Positions 47,161-58,301 of a stretch of DNA of 64,000 nt are shown piece by piece. Every line of letters starts with the position of its first letter. Position 1 is the first letter of the stretch. The stretch lies in the NCBI RefSeq assembly GCF_055900595.2, contig NZ_CM148325.1; one strand, 5' to 3'. The position numbers and the translations under genes are program-made. The notes beneath the pieces are model-generated. The model was not told the DNA's origin. It saw nothing but the letters and a program-made list of their open reading frames with translations, and searched no databases.

Positions 47161-47824
47161 AGTTAATCTCTTTCAGCAAAAGTTGCAGCGTACTGAGAAA
47201 TGGTGACGGGTTGCACCTGCACAATCGGAACCTGATTTTTGTACTGGCCTCAGAGGTCGTCCAGTTGTAGAGGCGATTGTGTGTGGATTCCCTATTTGGG
47301 CACAGGTTTTCCTGATGCCGGATAGATGTAAGCAACAATCCAAAACCAGAATCAGTGCTTGCAAAACTGAGGTAGTCAATAGATGTAGTAAGTGGCTTCA
47401 GAAATACCGGCTTCCCGACAAACATCTTTAATTGTTCGTCCGGTTTCAACCGATTTAATTACAGCGATGATCTAATACTCAGTAATACGGGCTTTACGCA
47501 TAGCGATTTTCTTCGTTATCAGATTGATTATTCCGGATGATCTCTAAATATGAATGGAGCGATTATGCGGGATACTTACAGATGGCTCTCACTTAATGAG
47601 AGTCTTCTTTCAAACAACAAAAACAGTAAATTGGGTAGAATGGGGAACTTAACTGCATCGTTAATTAATATATGGATGCGCTGTTGTAAAATATAGATGT
47701 ATCGGGGATAATAATACTTTACTCTGTTTCCAGCGAGTATGTTTGGTTTGCTGGACAAAGCGCCTCATAAAGTCAGAGGCGCTCAAAGTAGAAATATATT
47801 TCAGAGGGAATGTATCATAATGTA

Positions 47825-48109
47825 CTAGTGGTTCTTTGATGGTATATCAAAAATGTTTGTGTGAACTGTATAACAGCCCTCCAGTAGTGATGCTAGCCAT
47901 TTGAAAGATTTCTGCTGTTCTGAAGACCATCTGGAATTATTTGATTCAAAATGAATGAATGCCAGTATTTGTATCATCTGTTCCTTAGGAAGCGATGAAG
48001 CCAGATATGAAAATGCAACCGTGAGAGCATTCATGTCGTCTCGAAGCATTGACATGTACTCGAGTAATTCCTGCAGAGTAATTGTTCTATTGTCCATAAA
48101 ACTCCTCAT
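47825..48109 (-). CDS. Hypothetical protein, divergent from iha
   Basis: 94-aa ORF in AT-rich DNA; no recognisable family; may be spurious. Confidence 0.2.
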   Translation of the reverse strand: MRSFMDNRTITLQELLEYMSMLRDDMNALTVAFSYLASSLPKEQMIQILAFIHFESNNSRWSSEQQKSFKWLASLLEGCYTVHTNIFDIPSKNH

Positions 48110-48421
48110 TATTAATTATATTCACCTGTCTGATGTACGAAATATCCGATAGTGTATGATTAACATATCCAAGGACAAGAAACTGATAAAGATTGGATAA
48201 ATACCCATAGTGCAAAAATCCGATATGGATCGTCAACGATTGCTATCCGTTACTTTCCCCTAGAGAAAAGAACGTCCTCAACTGAAATTCGGGGTATAGT
48301 AGAACCTTATGTAATATTTTGTAATTTTTTGCTTTTTTATGTAAAAACCAAAAGCAAATCATTCTCATTATCTCTTGCGTTTGTTTATCTTCTCTCTGAT
48401 TAATATAATCGGAGAGAAGAT

Positions 48422-50509
48422 ATGCGAGTAACCACTCTGGCTTCAGTAGCCATCCCTTGTCTCGGGTTTTCAGTCAGCAGTATGGCTGCGGAAGATGTGA
48501 TGGTAGTCACGGCGTCTGGCTATGAAAAAAAATTAACCAGTGCAGCTGCGAGTGTTTCAGTGATCAGCCAGGAGGATTTGCGATCCAGCCAGTATCATGA
48601 TCTGGGGGAGGCACTGAGATCCGTAGAGGGGGTGGATGTTGAAAGCGGTACGGGTAAAACAGGTGGGCTGGAAATCAGCATCCGCGGAATGCCTGCCAGT
48701 TATACGCTGATACTGATCGATGGTGTCCGTCAGGGCGGGAGCAGTGACGTAACCCCAAACGGTTATGCTGCCATGAATACGGGTTTTATGCCACCTCTGG
48801 CCGCCATCGAACGTATTGAGATTATCAGGGGCCCCATGTCCACTCTGTACGGCTCTGATGCCATGGGGGGCGTGGTGAATATCATCACCAAAAAGAATGC
48901 AGACAAATGGCGCTCTTCGGTTAATGCCGGGCTGAACCTGCAGGAAAGTAACAAATGGGGGAACAGCAGCCAGTTTAATTTCTGGAGCAGCGGTCCCCTT
49001 GTGGATGATTCACTCAGCCTTCAGGTACGTGGCAGCACACAGCAGCGTCAGGGCTCATCGGTCACATCACTGAGCGACACCTCAGCTACGCGTATCCCTT
49101 ATCCCACGGAATCACAGAATTATAATGCAGGTGGTCGTCTTGACTGGAAAGCGACGGACAAGGATGTACTCTGGATTGATATGGATATCGCCCGGCAGCG
49201 TTATGATAACCGAGATGGCCAGCTGGGCAGTCTGACGGGCGGTTATGATCGCACCCTGCGCTATGAGCGTAATAAAATTTCAGCAGGCTATGATCATACA
49301 TTCACCTTCGGAGCCTGGAAGTCATCCCTGAACTGGAATGAGACGGAAAATAAAGGCCGTCAGCTTGTACGTAGCGTACTGCAGCGTGATAAATGGGGGC
49401 TTGCCGGCCAGCCGAGGGAGCTTAAGGAGTCGAATCTTATCCTGAGCTCATTACTGTTTGCACCTCTGGGGGAATCACACAAGGTTACCGTCGGTGGTGA
49501 GTATCAGAACTCCTCCATGAAAGACGGGGTTGTTCTCGCCAGTACTGGTGAAACCTTCCGTCAGAAAAGCTGGTCGGCATTTGTTGAGGATGAGTGGTAT
49601 ATCACGGATGCATTTGCACTGACTGCGGGTAGCCGCTATGAACGCTATGAGGTGTTCGGAGGACACTTCAGTCCCCGGGCATATATGGTCTGGGATGTGA
49701 CTGATGCGTGGACGCTGAAAGGTGGGGTGACCACGGGATATAAGGCGCCCAGCATGGGGCAGTTACATAAGGGGATCAGCGGTGTGTCCGGTCAGGGGCG
49801 TACGAATCTTCTCGGTAACCCGGACCTGAAGCCGGAGGAGAGTGTCAGTTATGAAGCGGGCGTGTATTACGATAATCATGCCGGTCTGAACGCCAATATC
49901 ACGGGCTTTATGACAGAATTCTCCAACAAGATCGTATCTTATTCCATTGATGATAATACCCGCAGCTACACAAACAGCGGAAAGGCTAGGACTCAGGGCG
50001 TGGAATTTGCCGGCACACTGCCTCTGTTGTCAGAGGATGTGACTCTGTCTCTGAATTATACCTGGACGCAGAGTGAACAACGGGATGGGGATAATAAAGG
50101 TGCACCACTGAGTTACACCCCTGAGCATATGGTGAATGCGAAACTGAACTGGCAGATTACTGAAGAGGTGACATCATGGCTGGGTGCCCGTTACCGCGGG
50201 AAAACGCCACGTTTCACCCAGAATTATTCGTCACTCTCAGCTGTACAGAAGAAAGTGTATGATGAGAAAGGTGAATATCTGAAAGCCTGGACGGTACTGG
50301 ATGCGGGCATGTCGTGGAAAGTGACGGATGCACTGATGCTGAATGCAGCGGTGAATAATGTGCTTAACAAGGATTACAGTGACGTAAGTCTGTATCGTGC
50401 CGGCAGTGGTACGCTTTATGCGGGTGATTACTTCCAGACGGGGGCATCGACAACGGGTTATGTGATACCTGAGAGAAATTACTGGATGTCGCTGAACTAT
50501 CAGTTCTGA
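48422..50509 (+). CDS. iha: Iha (IrgA-homologue adhesin), TonB-dependent catecholate-siderophore-receptor-type outer-membrane protein
   Basis: 695-aa ORF, signal peptide, plug and 22-strand barrel features, C-terminal ...YQF; sequence recognised as Iha. Confidence 0.85.
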   Translation: MRVTTLASVAIPCLGFSVSSMAAEDVMVVTASGYEKKLTSAAASVSVISQEDLRSSQYHDLGEALRSVEGVDVESGTGKTGGLEISIRGMPASYTLILIDGVRQGGSSDVTPNGYAAMNTGFMPPLAAIERIEIIRGPMSTLYGSDAMGGVVNIITKKNADKWRSSVNAGLNLQESNKWGNSSQFNFWSSGPLVDDSLSLQVRGSTQQRQGSSVTSLSDTSATRIPYPTESQNYNAGGRLDWKATDKDVLWIDMDIARQRYDNRDGQLGSLTGGYDRTLRYERNKISAGYDHTFTFGAWKSSLNWNETENKGRQLVRSVLQRDKWGLAGQPRELKESNLILSSLLFAPLGESHKVTVGGEYQNSSMKDGVVLASTGETFRQKSWSAFVEDEWYITDAFALTAGSRYERYEVFGGHFSPRAYMVWDVTDAWTLKGGVTTGYKAPSMGQLHKGISGVSGQGRTNLLGNPDLKPEESVSYEAGVYYDNHAGLNANITGFMTEFSNKIVSYSIDDNTRSYTNSGKARTQGVEFAGTLPLLSEDVTLSLNYTWTQSEQRDGDNKGAPLSYTPEHMVNAKLNWQITEEVTSWLGARYRGKTPRFTQNYSSLSAVQKKVYDEKGEYLKAWTVLDAGMSWKVTDALMLNAAVNNVLNKDYSDVSLYRAGSGTLYAGDYFQTGASTTGYVIPERNYWMSLNYQF

Positions 50510-50995
50510 TAACAACAAACCCGATATAACGCATTATAATACGTAAAGATGCTGCCTCTGTCACCTGAGGGCAGTGGCAGCAACACACGATGCAGGTGTT
50601 TGATCACCAGTGACCCGCCGTTTACTCCTTTAGTATGGCATACTTCTGTTGTCACCTGTGACCAGGCGCGCGACTCTGTAAACATCCGGATGTATGCGTT
50701 CTTCTGACAGTTAATATTACCGGCAGGTAGTTGACGATGTGTGGGCTTGTGACCGCATCCGGGTAATAAAGAAATAATCCGCCAGCGGCTTTTATTCTTA
50801 TGGGCAGTAATTAAATACATCGCCATGTGGGTAAATATAAGTGACGGAATGAGAGTAACAAGTGATGCTGGAATTAAGATTTTGCTTTTTGCAGTGATAG
50901 CCAGAGCCTTTTACAGAAATGTGGTATGAGGTGCATTTTTTACGCTCACATTATTGTTTTATTATCGGCGTCAACCAGTGATCAGGAGGTGCAAC

Positions 50996-51247
50996 ATGCG
51001 TATATGTGTTTTTGGTTACAAAACATGTCCTTCAGTACACCGGATCATGCATCATGCGACAAATCTCCGGGATGAAACAGGGGCAGATGTCCTCTTTATT
51101 GATGCTGAGAAACATGGTATCAGTCTGAAGGTAATGTCTGAGCGTGCTGGATGTGCAGTTGAAAAATTCCCCTGTGTTTTTGTTGATGACGTCTATCTCG
51201 AACCACTGCCACCGGTGCCGGGACAACCTCATTATACTTATTGTTGA
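50996..51247 (+). CDS. Small thioredoxin-fold-like protein (CxxS-type), possibly ICE-associated
   Basis: ATG at 50996 preceded by AGGAGG; MRICVFGYKTCPSVHRIM... resembles glutaredoxin-like N-terminal strand and active-site region; assignment tentative. Confidence 0.3.
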   Translation: MRICVFGYKTCPSVHRIMHHATNLRDETGADVLFIDAEKHGISLKVMSERAGCAVEKFPCVFVDDVYLEPLPPVPGQPHYTYC

Positions 51248-51442
51248 AAATCACCACTTGGTATGAATCAGTTCCCCGGCTTTGTGAAAGGCCGGGTATA
51301 ATCACAGACTGTCTGTTATGCTTGGCAGATACACTTCCCCGGATCCCACCGTAATTTTTTAATCCCGTTTTTAATTTATTGCTGATAAATGAGCGCTTTC
51401 TTCGCACGCTGTCAGTCAGATAATATCTGACTGAGGTGTACG

Positions 51443-51838
51443 ATGTACCGGATTTTCTGTTCCCTGTTTTTCCTGCCGCTGGCAGCGTCTGCCGGCACAA
51501 CAATTTATACCGATTCTCAGCATCTTCCCGTTAATCCTCCTGATGGTGTCAGGGTGGTTCTGCTGGATGCGCCTGAGCAGCTTCAGAGCCGCTTTTGGGG
51601 CCTGTTGCCTGCTGATGCGGGTGAGGCTGAATCGGTGGTCAGGGTACGTATGAAGTCTCCCGAATGGCAGACGATGCAGGCGGAACTGGCCGGTCATTAC
51701 CGCGATGTGGCACATGCCTAGTCGCTGGGCGTGAAGAAATACCCTGCCGTGGTGTTTGATGACAGTGAGGTGGTTTACGGCACCATGGATGTGGTGATGG
51801 CCGGGAAAATCCGTGCTGAGGGAGGAGTGCAGCCATGA
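51443..51838 (+). pseudogene. Integrating-conjugative-element protein (PFL_4709/TIGR03757-like) with internal stop
   Basis: Signal peptide then ...TTIYTDSQHLPVNPPDGVRVVLLDAPEQLQ...; in-frame TAG at 51719, after which the same frame continues ...KYPAVVFDDSEVVYGTMDVV... Confidence 0.5.
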
Positions 51839-52809
51839 TGTCCCTGAAATGTCGTCTGCGTACCGGCGTGCTGTTACTGAGTGTGGCATCACTGCCCCTG
51901 GCGTCTGTATCACTGAACACCGCCAGCATTATCGCCAGTACTGCGGCACCGGACTATATCAGCTGGCGTGTCAGCGGGATTTGTTACTGGCTTTACTGCA
52001 GCGCGTCTGGCTGTACGGTCAGAATTTCCGTGAAGGTGACACATTTCATCCCGGAAGTGGTTATTTCCACCTATACGGCACCGGGTGGTAATCCCTGGAA
52101 AGAGATGTCGCTGGTCAGCCGGACCGCAGGTGGCCCGGAGAATGCCATCACTGACGGCCTGTCCGGGCTGAGTGCCGGCGGGGGAAATCCGGCGGATATG
52201 AAAATACAGGGGAAGCGCCGTTCAGCAATTCGTTTCAAATACGCAGATGCGCTGGGTCATCCGGCCACACAGCTTATCGGCGGGATGGTACCCGGATTCA
52301 GCTGTGATTCACCGGTGACACCGGCCATGGCCTATTTCCTCAGTACCCTGGACAGCATCGTCTAGCGAACGGGATTACCTGAATCCCTGTATCCAGAGGC
52401 ACAGGTTCCCGGCAAACGCGAGATTGGCAGCTAGGCCGATAAAAACATGTGGGGGAGCGTTTATCACCGGAGTGGTTTTGTGATGCAGAGCGATGATGAC
52501 CGGGCCGCGGCGGTGGGGGCTCAGCGGGTGGCCGACATTATCACGCGGATGGGGGAGTCGCATGTCTACAGGGAGGTTAAGGGCGTGAAACGTGACGGCT
52601 ACTGGCCCCCGGAGGCGGTGGAGGAAAACACCGGCACCCGCAATCACAAATGGCAGCGACTGACGCCGTCAGTGTCGCGTTCCTGTGCCGTTTTCCCGGA
52701 TGGTGAACACCAGGCGGCGGAGAACGGTAATGCAGCCTTTGCACTGTGGCAGCCTTACAGCTGCTTCGAAAAGCGCGGGCAGCGATTCCTTGGCAGTACG
52801 AATTTTTAA
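51835..52809 (+). pseudogene. ICE TraU-like protein (PFL_4710/TIGR03756-like), frameshifted
   Basis: Two ORF-track pieces, 51835..52365 and 52447..52809, consecutive with the flanking ICE genes. Confidence 0.45.
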
Positions 52810-52815
52810 GGAACC

Positions 52816-53590
52816 ATGATGATGAAGATGAAAACAGGTATGGTGGCACTGAGTGTGATGCTGTACTGCAGTATTCCGGCGATGGCTGATCTTCTTTCCC
52901 TGCCGAAACTGAATGACAGCACGTTCGGTTACGGGAAATCCGTGGATGGCGCCGTATCCGACAAACTGTTCTATACGCTGGGTGGCGGCTCGGTGATCTC
53001 ACAGTTGGCCACGCGCAGCAACATGCAGAAGCTGGGTATGGACCTGGGCTGGAGCAGCGATCTGATGTGCGGCAACTTTGACCTGAAGACCACGGTGGGT
53101 AATCATCTTAACGGATTGACCGACGGCTTTAAAAATCTGATGGGGGATGTGATTTAGGGGGCGACCGGCGCCGCTGCCAGTCTGCCGGCGATGGTGATAC
53201 AGCGTGCCAACCCCGGCCTGTACGACATGATCACCAACGGTGTGCTGCAGGCGAATGTGGCTTTCGACAAGGCGTAACTGAACTGCCAGAACATGGCAAA
53301 ACGGATGATGGACTTTTCTGATCGCAGCAAATGGACGCAGGCCAGCGATGCTGGAAGAGTACAAGAAGGTGGTGAACAGCGGTGACGGTGATGCGGTGAA
53401 AGGGGACGAGGCCGGACGTCAGGCCACCGGGAAGGAAGGTAAGAAATGGATTGGCGGGCAGCAGCGCGGCGGGGCAGGTCAGCCCGCCATCCGGCCGGTG
53501 CATGATCTGACAGCGGCTGGGTTTAACATGATGAACAGTCTGCCCGTGACCAGTACGGGAGGTTACGATAAAGCCGACAGTGCAGGATGT
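52816..53590 (+). pseudogene. ICE protein (PFL_4711/TIGR03755-like), interrupted and 3'-truncated
   Basis: Signal peptide ORF 52816..53157, continuing after a stop; ends at an IS integrase-core fragment. Confidence 0.4.
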
Positions 53591-53940
53591 GATGTTAGGA
53601 GCGATAGAAAAACGCTTTGGCGATAAAGGACCGGAACGAGCAATCCAGTGGCGGACGGATAACGGTTCGGCTTATACGGCTCATGAAACACGGCAATTCG
53701 CCAGAGAGTTGAATCTGGAGCCCTGCACGACGGCAGTCAGTAGCCCTCAGAGCAATAGAATGGCAGAAAGGTTCGTGAAAACGTGAATGAAGACTACATC
53801 GCGTTCATGCCGAAACTGAATGTAATAACGGCATTGCATAACCTTGCAGAGGCGTTCGAGCATTACAATGAAAACCATCCGCATAGTGCGTTAGGTTATC
53901 TCTCACCACGGGAATATCGACGTCAGCGGATAACGTTAAC
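53580..53940 (+). pseudogene. Transposase integrase-core (rve) C-terminal fragment
   Basis: ...[45 protein letters not shown]..., continuing with stops. Confidence 0.4.
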
Positions 53941-54298
53941 TTAAGATACAATAGCAGTCTGATATTGAGGGGGCAAGAACATCCGAACCACACCAGCCTG
54001 TGACTTATACCCTGTCTCTACGACCCAGAGAGTATTATTCTTAATAATCTCATAATATATACACAATAGGAAGTATCTATTAACAAAATAGAGAACATCG
54101 TTTTTACTATCAAATAGTTGCACTGTATTAATATGATTAAACTTTAAAAAAGTTTCAGGCTGATCAGGAGGAGTTATGAAAAAAATAAATATTTTAATTC
54201 TGTGTCTGTTTTCTGGAGCGTCGTGGGCAAGTGACGTAGATAATGTTAAGTGCTGATGAATCCCCTAATGATTTTTATCAAAATCATTAAGTTAAGGT

Positions 54299-54367
54299 AG
54301 ATACACATCTTGTCATATGATCAAATGGTTTCGCCAAAAATCAATAATCAGACAACAAAATGTGCGA
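54299..54367 (-). ncRNA. IS10 antisense RNA-OUT (inferred by position, not verified)
   Basis: Same positional inference as for copy 1; this copy carries substitutions at outside-end positions 24-27 and 47. Confidence 0.3.
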
Positions 54368-55568
54368 ACTCGATATTTTACACGACTCTCTTTACCAATT
54401 CTGCCCCGAATTACACTTAAAACGACTCAACAGCTTAACGTTGGCTTGCCACGCCTTACTTGACTGTAAAACTCTCACTCTTACCGAACTTGGCCGTAAC
54501 CTGCCAACCAAAGCGAGAACAAAACATAACATCAAACGAATCGACCGATTGTTAGGTAATCGTCACCTCCACAAAGAGCGACTCGCTGTATACCGTTGGC
54601 ATGCTAGCTTTATCTGTTCGGGCAATACGATGCCCATTGTACTTGTTGACTGGTCTGATATCCGTGAGCAAAAACGGCTTATGGTATTGCGAGCTTCAGT
54701 CGCACTACACGGTCGTTCTGTTACTCTTTATGAGAAAGCGTTCCCGCTTTCAGAGCAATGTTCAAAGAAAGCTCATGACCAATTTCTAGCCGACCTTGCG
54801 AGCATTCTACCGAGTAACACCACACCGCTCATTGTCAGTGATGCTGGCTTTAAAGTGCCATGGTATAAATCCGTTGAGAAGCTGGGTTGGTACTGGTTAA
54901 GTCGAGTAAGAGGAAAAGTACAATATGCAGACCTAGGAGCGGAAAACTGGAAACCTATCAGCAACTTACATGATATGTCATCTAGTCACTCAAAGACTTT
55001 AGGCTATAAGAGGCTGACTAAAAGCAATCCAATCTCATGCCAAATTCTATTGTATAAATCTCGCTCTAAAGGCCGAAAAAATCAGCGCTCGACACGGACT
55101 CATTGTCACCACCCGTCACCTAAAATCTACTCAGCGTCGGCAAAGGAGCCATGGATTCTAGCAACTAACTTACCTGTTGAAATTCGAACACCCAAACAAC
55201 TTGTTAATATCTATTCGAAGCGAATGCAGATTGAAGAAACCTTCCGAGACTTGAAAAGTCCTGCCTACGGACTAGGCCTACGCCATAGCCGAACGAGCAG
55301 CTCAGAGCGTTTTGATATCATGCTGCTAATCGCCCTGATGCTTCAACTAACATGTTGGCTTGCGGGCGTTCATGCTCAGAAACAAGGTTGGGACAAGCAC
55401 TTCCAGGCTAACACAGTCAGAAATCGAAACGTACTCTCAACAGTTCGCTTAGGCATGGAAGTTTTGCGGCATTCTGGCTACACAATAACAAGGGAAGACT
55501 CACTCGTGGCTGCAACCCTGCTTACTCAAAATCTATTCACACATGGTTACGTTTTGGGGAAATTATGA
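54360..55568 (+). CDS. IS10 transposase
   Basis: 402-aa ORF identical in translation to 4125..5333. Confidence 0.95.
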   Translation: MCELDILHDSLYQFCPELHLKRLNSLTLACHALLDCKTLTLTELGRNLPTKARTKHNIKRIDRLLGNRHLHKERLAVYRWHASFICSGNTMPIVLVDWSDIREQKRLMVLRASVALHGRSVTLYEKAFPLSEQCSKKAHDQFLADLASILPSNTTPLIVSDAGFKVPWYKSVEKLGWYWLSRVRGKVQYADLGAENWKPISNLHDMSSSHSKTLGYKRLTKSNPISCQILLYKSRSKGRKNQRSTRTHCHHPSPKIYSASAKEPWILATNLPVEIRTPKQLVNIYSKRMQIEETFRDLKSPAYGLGLRHSRTSSSERFDIMLLIALMLQLTCWLAGVHAQKQGWDKHFQANTVRNRNVLSTVRLGMEVLRHSGYTITREDSLVAATLLTQNLFTHGYVLGKL

Positions 55569-56174
55569 GGGGATCTCTCAGTGTTAAGTGTATTCGGGTA
55601 GATAGTAAAGACATTGAAAGGTTATTCGATCGCTGGAATGAATCATTAAAAACAGGTGATGCCAAGAAGGTTGCTGATAACTATTTAAGTGATGCGATCT
55701 TACTGCCCACAGTATCAAAAAAAATTAGGATTACAGATGCAGAAAGAGTTGACTATTTTGAGCATTTTTTGAAAAAAAAACCTGTTGGAGAAATAAACTT
55801 CAGAACTATTCGCATTGGATGCAATATGGCTCTTGATACAGGGAATTACACGTTTACTTTTGAAGATAAAAAACAAGTTTCAGCACGCTATAGTTTCGCT
55901 TATGAGTGGGATGGAAAGGATTGGAAAATATCATCCCATCATTCATCTGTAGTGCCAACAACATAATATATTGAGCCTGTTTACCATTCTCTGTTAATGC
56001 CTTCTCTTAAAAGTGACCGTCCAAGCGGTCACTGATTACCCATTCTTAATTCAGTGCAGGATTAAAATATATGTGCAAAATAATTTAATTCAGACAGCTT
56101 TTTATTTCACTATGGCTATCCCAGATATCGACGACGGATGAAAAGTGGCTCTTACGCAACCTGGATGGAGATTT

Positions 56175-56540
56175 TCATGCCAGTGGACTCATGACCCTCT
56201 GTCTGAGTAGTTCAAATCCGGCTCGACCATACATCTGGCCTTTCAGCATTTTTAGTCTATTTACATGACTTTCGACAACCCCCATTATTCCAGCGACTGC
56301 TGATTGCCTCACATATAGCCGCAGCATCAGCTGCCATCCTTGCAGCCACGCGCCGAAGTTACCACTTTCTCGTTGCTCTTTTAACCACTCCCTCCATGGG
56401 GCCAGAAGTCCTCGCTCTGGAGGCCGGGTTGACATTTCAGGGAATGTTCCTGAACACACCCAGAGACTGACTGTCACACGTGATAAGCCTGTAATACGGG
56501 ATACGGCCTGATTGTATCCAATCTGGAAGAAAAGTTTCAT
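56175..56540 (-). pseudogene. DDE-transposase C-terminal fragment (ISL3-like tail)
   Basis: ...VVESHVNRLKMLKGQMYGRAGFELLRQRV resembles the conserved C-terminal tail of ISL3-type transposases; family assignment uncertain. Confidence 0.3.
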
Positions 56541-56879
56541 GATTTTATGGGCGTTATCCTTATGGTGCTGGGCGACGAGAGTAATACTTCACGCCGGTTT
56601 TGTCGGATAATCCAGAAATATAGGGGCAAATCCAAACAGGAAAGATAGGGGGAGGGACGCGTTTCCGGCACAACCAGCGTTACGTCACCCTGCATTGTTA
56701 GTTACGAAAAGCGTACCGGAAACGCGGAACATTCTTTTAACACATTACAGGCATTCGCACACATCTTTTTTCTTCTTTGTGCTCTGAACACTGCAGTGCT
56801 CAATTAATATTAGCCACGTTTTACAGTAAGAACGGTATCTGTTCTCTGATTCTTCCGGCGTCAACCCACAGTGTAATTA

Positions 56880-56916
<37 letters not shown>

Positions 56917-56922
56917 AGCTAG

Positions 56923-57695
<773 letters not shown>

Positions 57696-57879
57696 GTCTG
57701 TAATGCGCTGTGTGAAAAAGCTCACTGACAGTCTGAGTATTTGTCTGCAAAGGATGGAAGCCCGTCGAGGGTTCCTGAAAACCACTGGTGCGCTGGCGAA
57801 TAAGCTGACAAGAATCATCTGGCGTGTTTTGAGCGATAGTATTGATTTTAATATGCAGAAGGCCGTTGTGATGAATTAA
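57696..57879 (+). pseudogene. IS110-family transposase C-terminal remnant
   Basis: ...GALANKLTRIIWRVLSDSIDFNMQKAVVMN resembles the C-terminal tail of the IS110-family copies elsewhere in the window. Confidence 0.3.
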
Positions 57880-58301
57880 AGAAAAACAGTAAGTTATAGA
57901 AAATATTTTTAACTGAGTTTACATTCACTGATGAGATAACGGCTACCGCCCCTGTAACAGTCTGAAGTTGACCTGGGTAATCAAATACCGGTGTAGTGAT
58001 TAGGAAATAGGGCCCGGATAACATCATGGCGCAGGTCATTGAACCTACTAACGACGCCGGATATATGGTCGCAAACCGCATCGAACCAGTACTTGCCTCA
58101 TCTGGGACGTCCATATATGCTCAACAAAAGAGAGCGTTCAGAATTCTAGCCTCACATCATACCTGAAACCGCGTCCCGACCATAGATGATTTTATCGCCG
58201 GTTTTTTATGACAATTGTTATATTTCCGTAACAATCTTTCCGTAGACTCACGTGCATAAAAATGATTCCCCTTGAAATCGATTTTTTGAAAGGAAACCGC
58301 A

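Larger units (their letters stand above)
54253..55581 (+). mobile_element. IS10, copy 2, inverted relative to copy 1
   Basis: 1329 bp; outside end CTGATGAATCCCCTAATGATTTT at 54253, inside end ...GGGGATCTCTCAG at 55581; 9-bp direct repeat TGTTAAGTG (54244-54252 and 55582-55590). Confidence 0.95.
54176..55966 (+). pseudogene. Secreted NTF2/SnoaL-like-fold protein gene, interrupted by IS10
   Basis: ATG 54176 (AGGAGG RBS) encodes signal peptide MKKINILILCLFSGASWASDVDNVK; frame resumes after IS10 at 55582 (CIRVDSKDIERLFDRWNESLKTGDAKK...) to 55966; fold assignment is a guess. Confidence 0.5.

Noticed and set aside
47160-48420. AT-rich region upstream of iha as a possible small RNA or novel locus
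   Set aside because: Contains only short ORFs and one weak hairpin (GCGCCTC-N9-GAGGCGC near 47755) not followed by a U-tract; cannot be supported without expression or conservation data.
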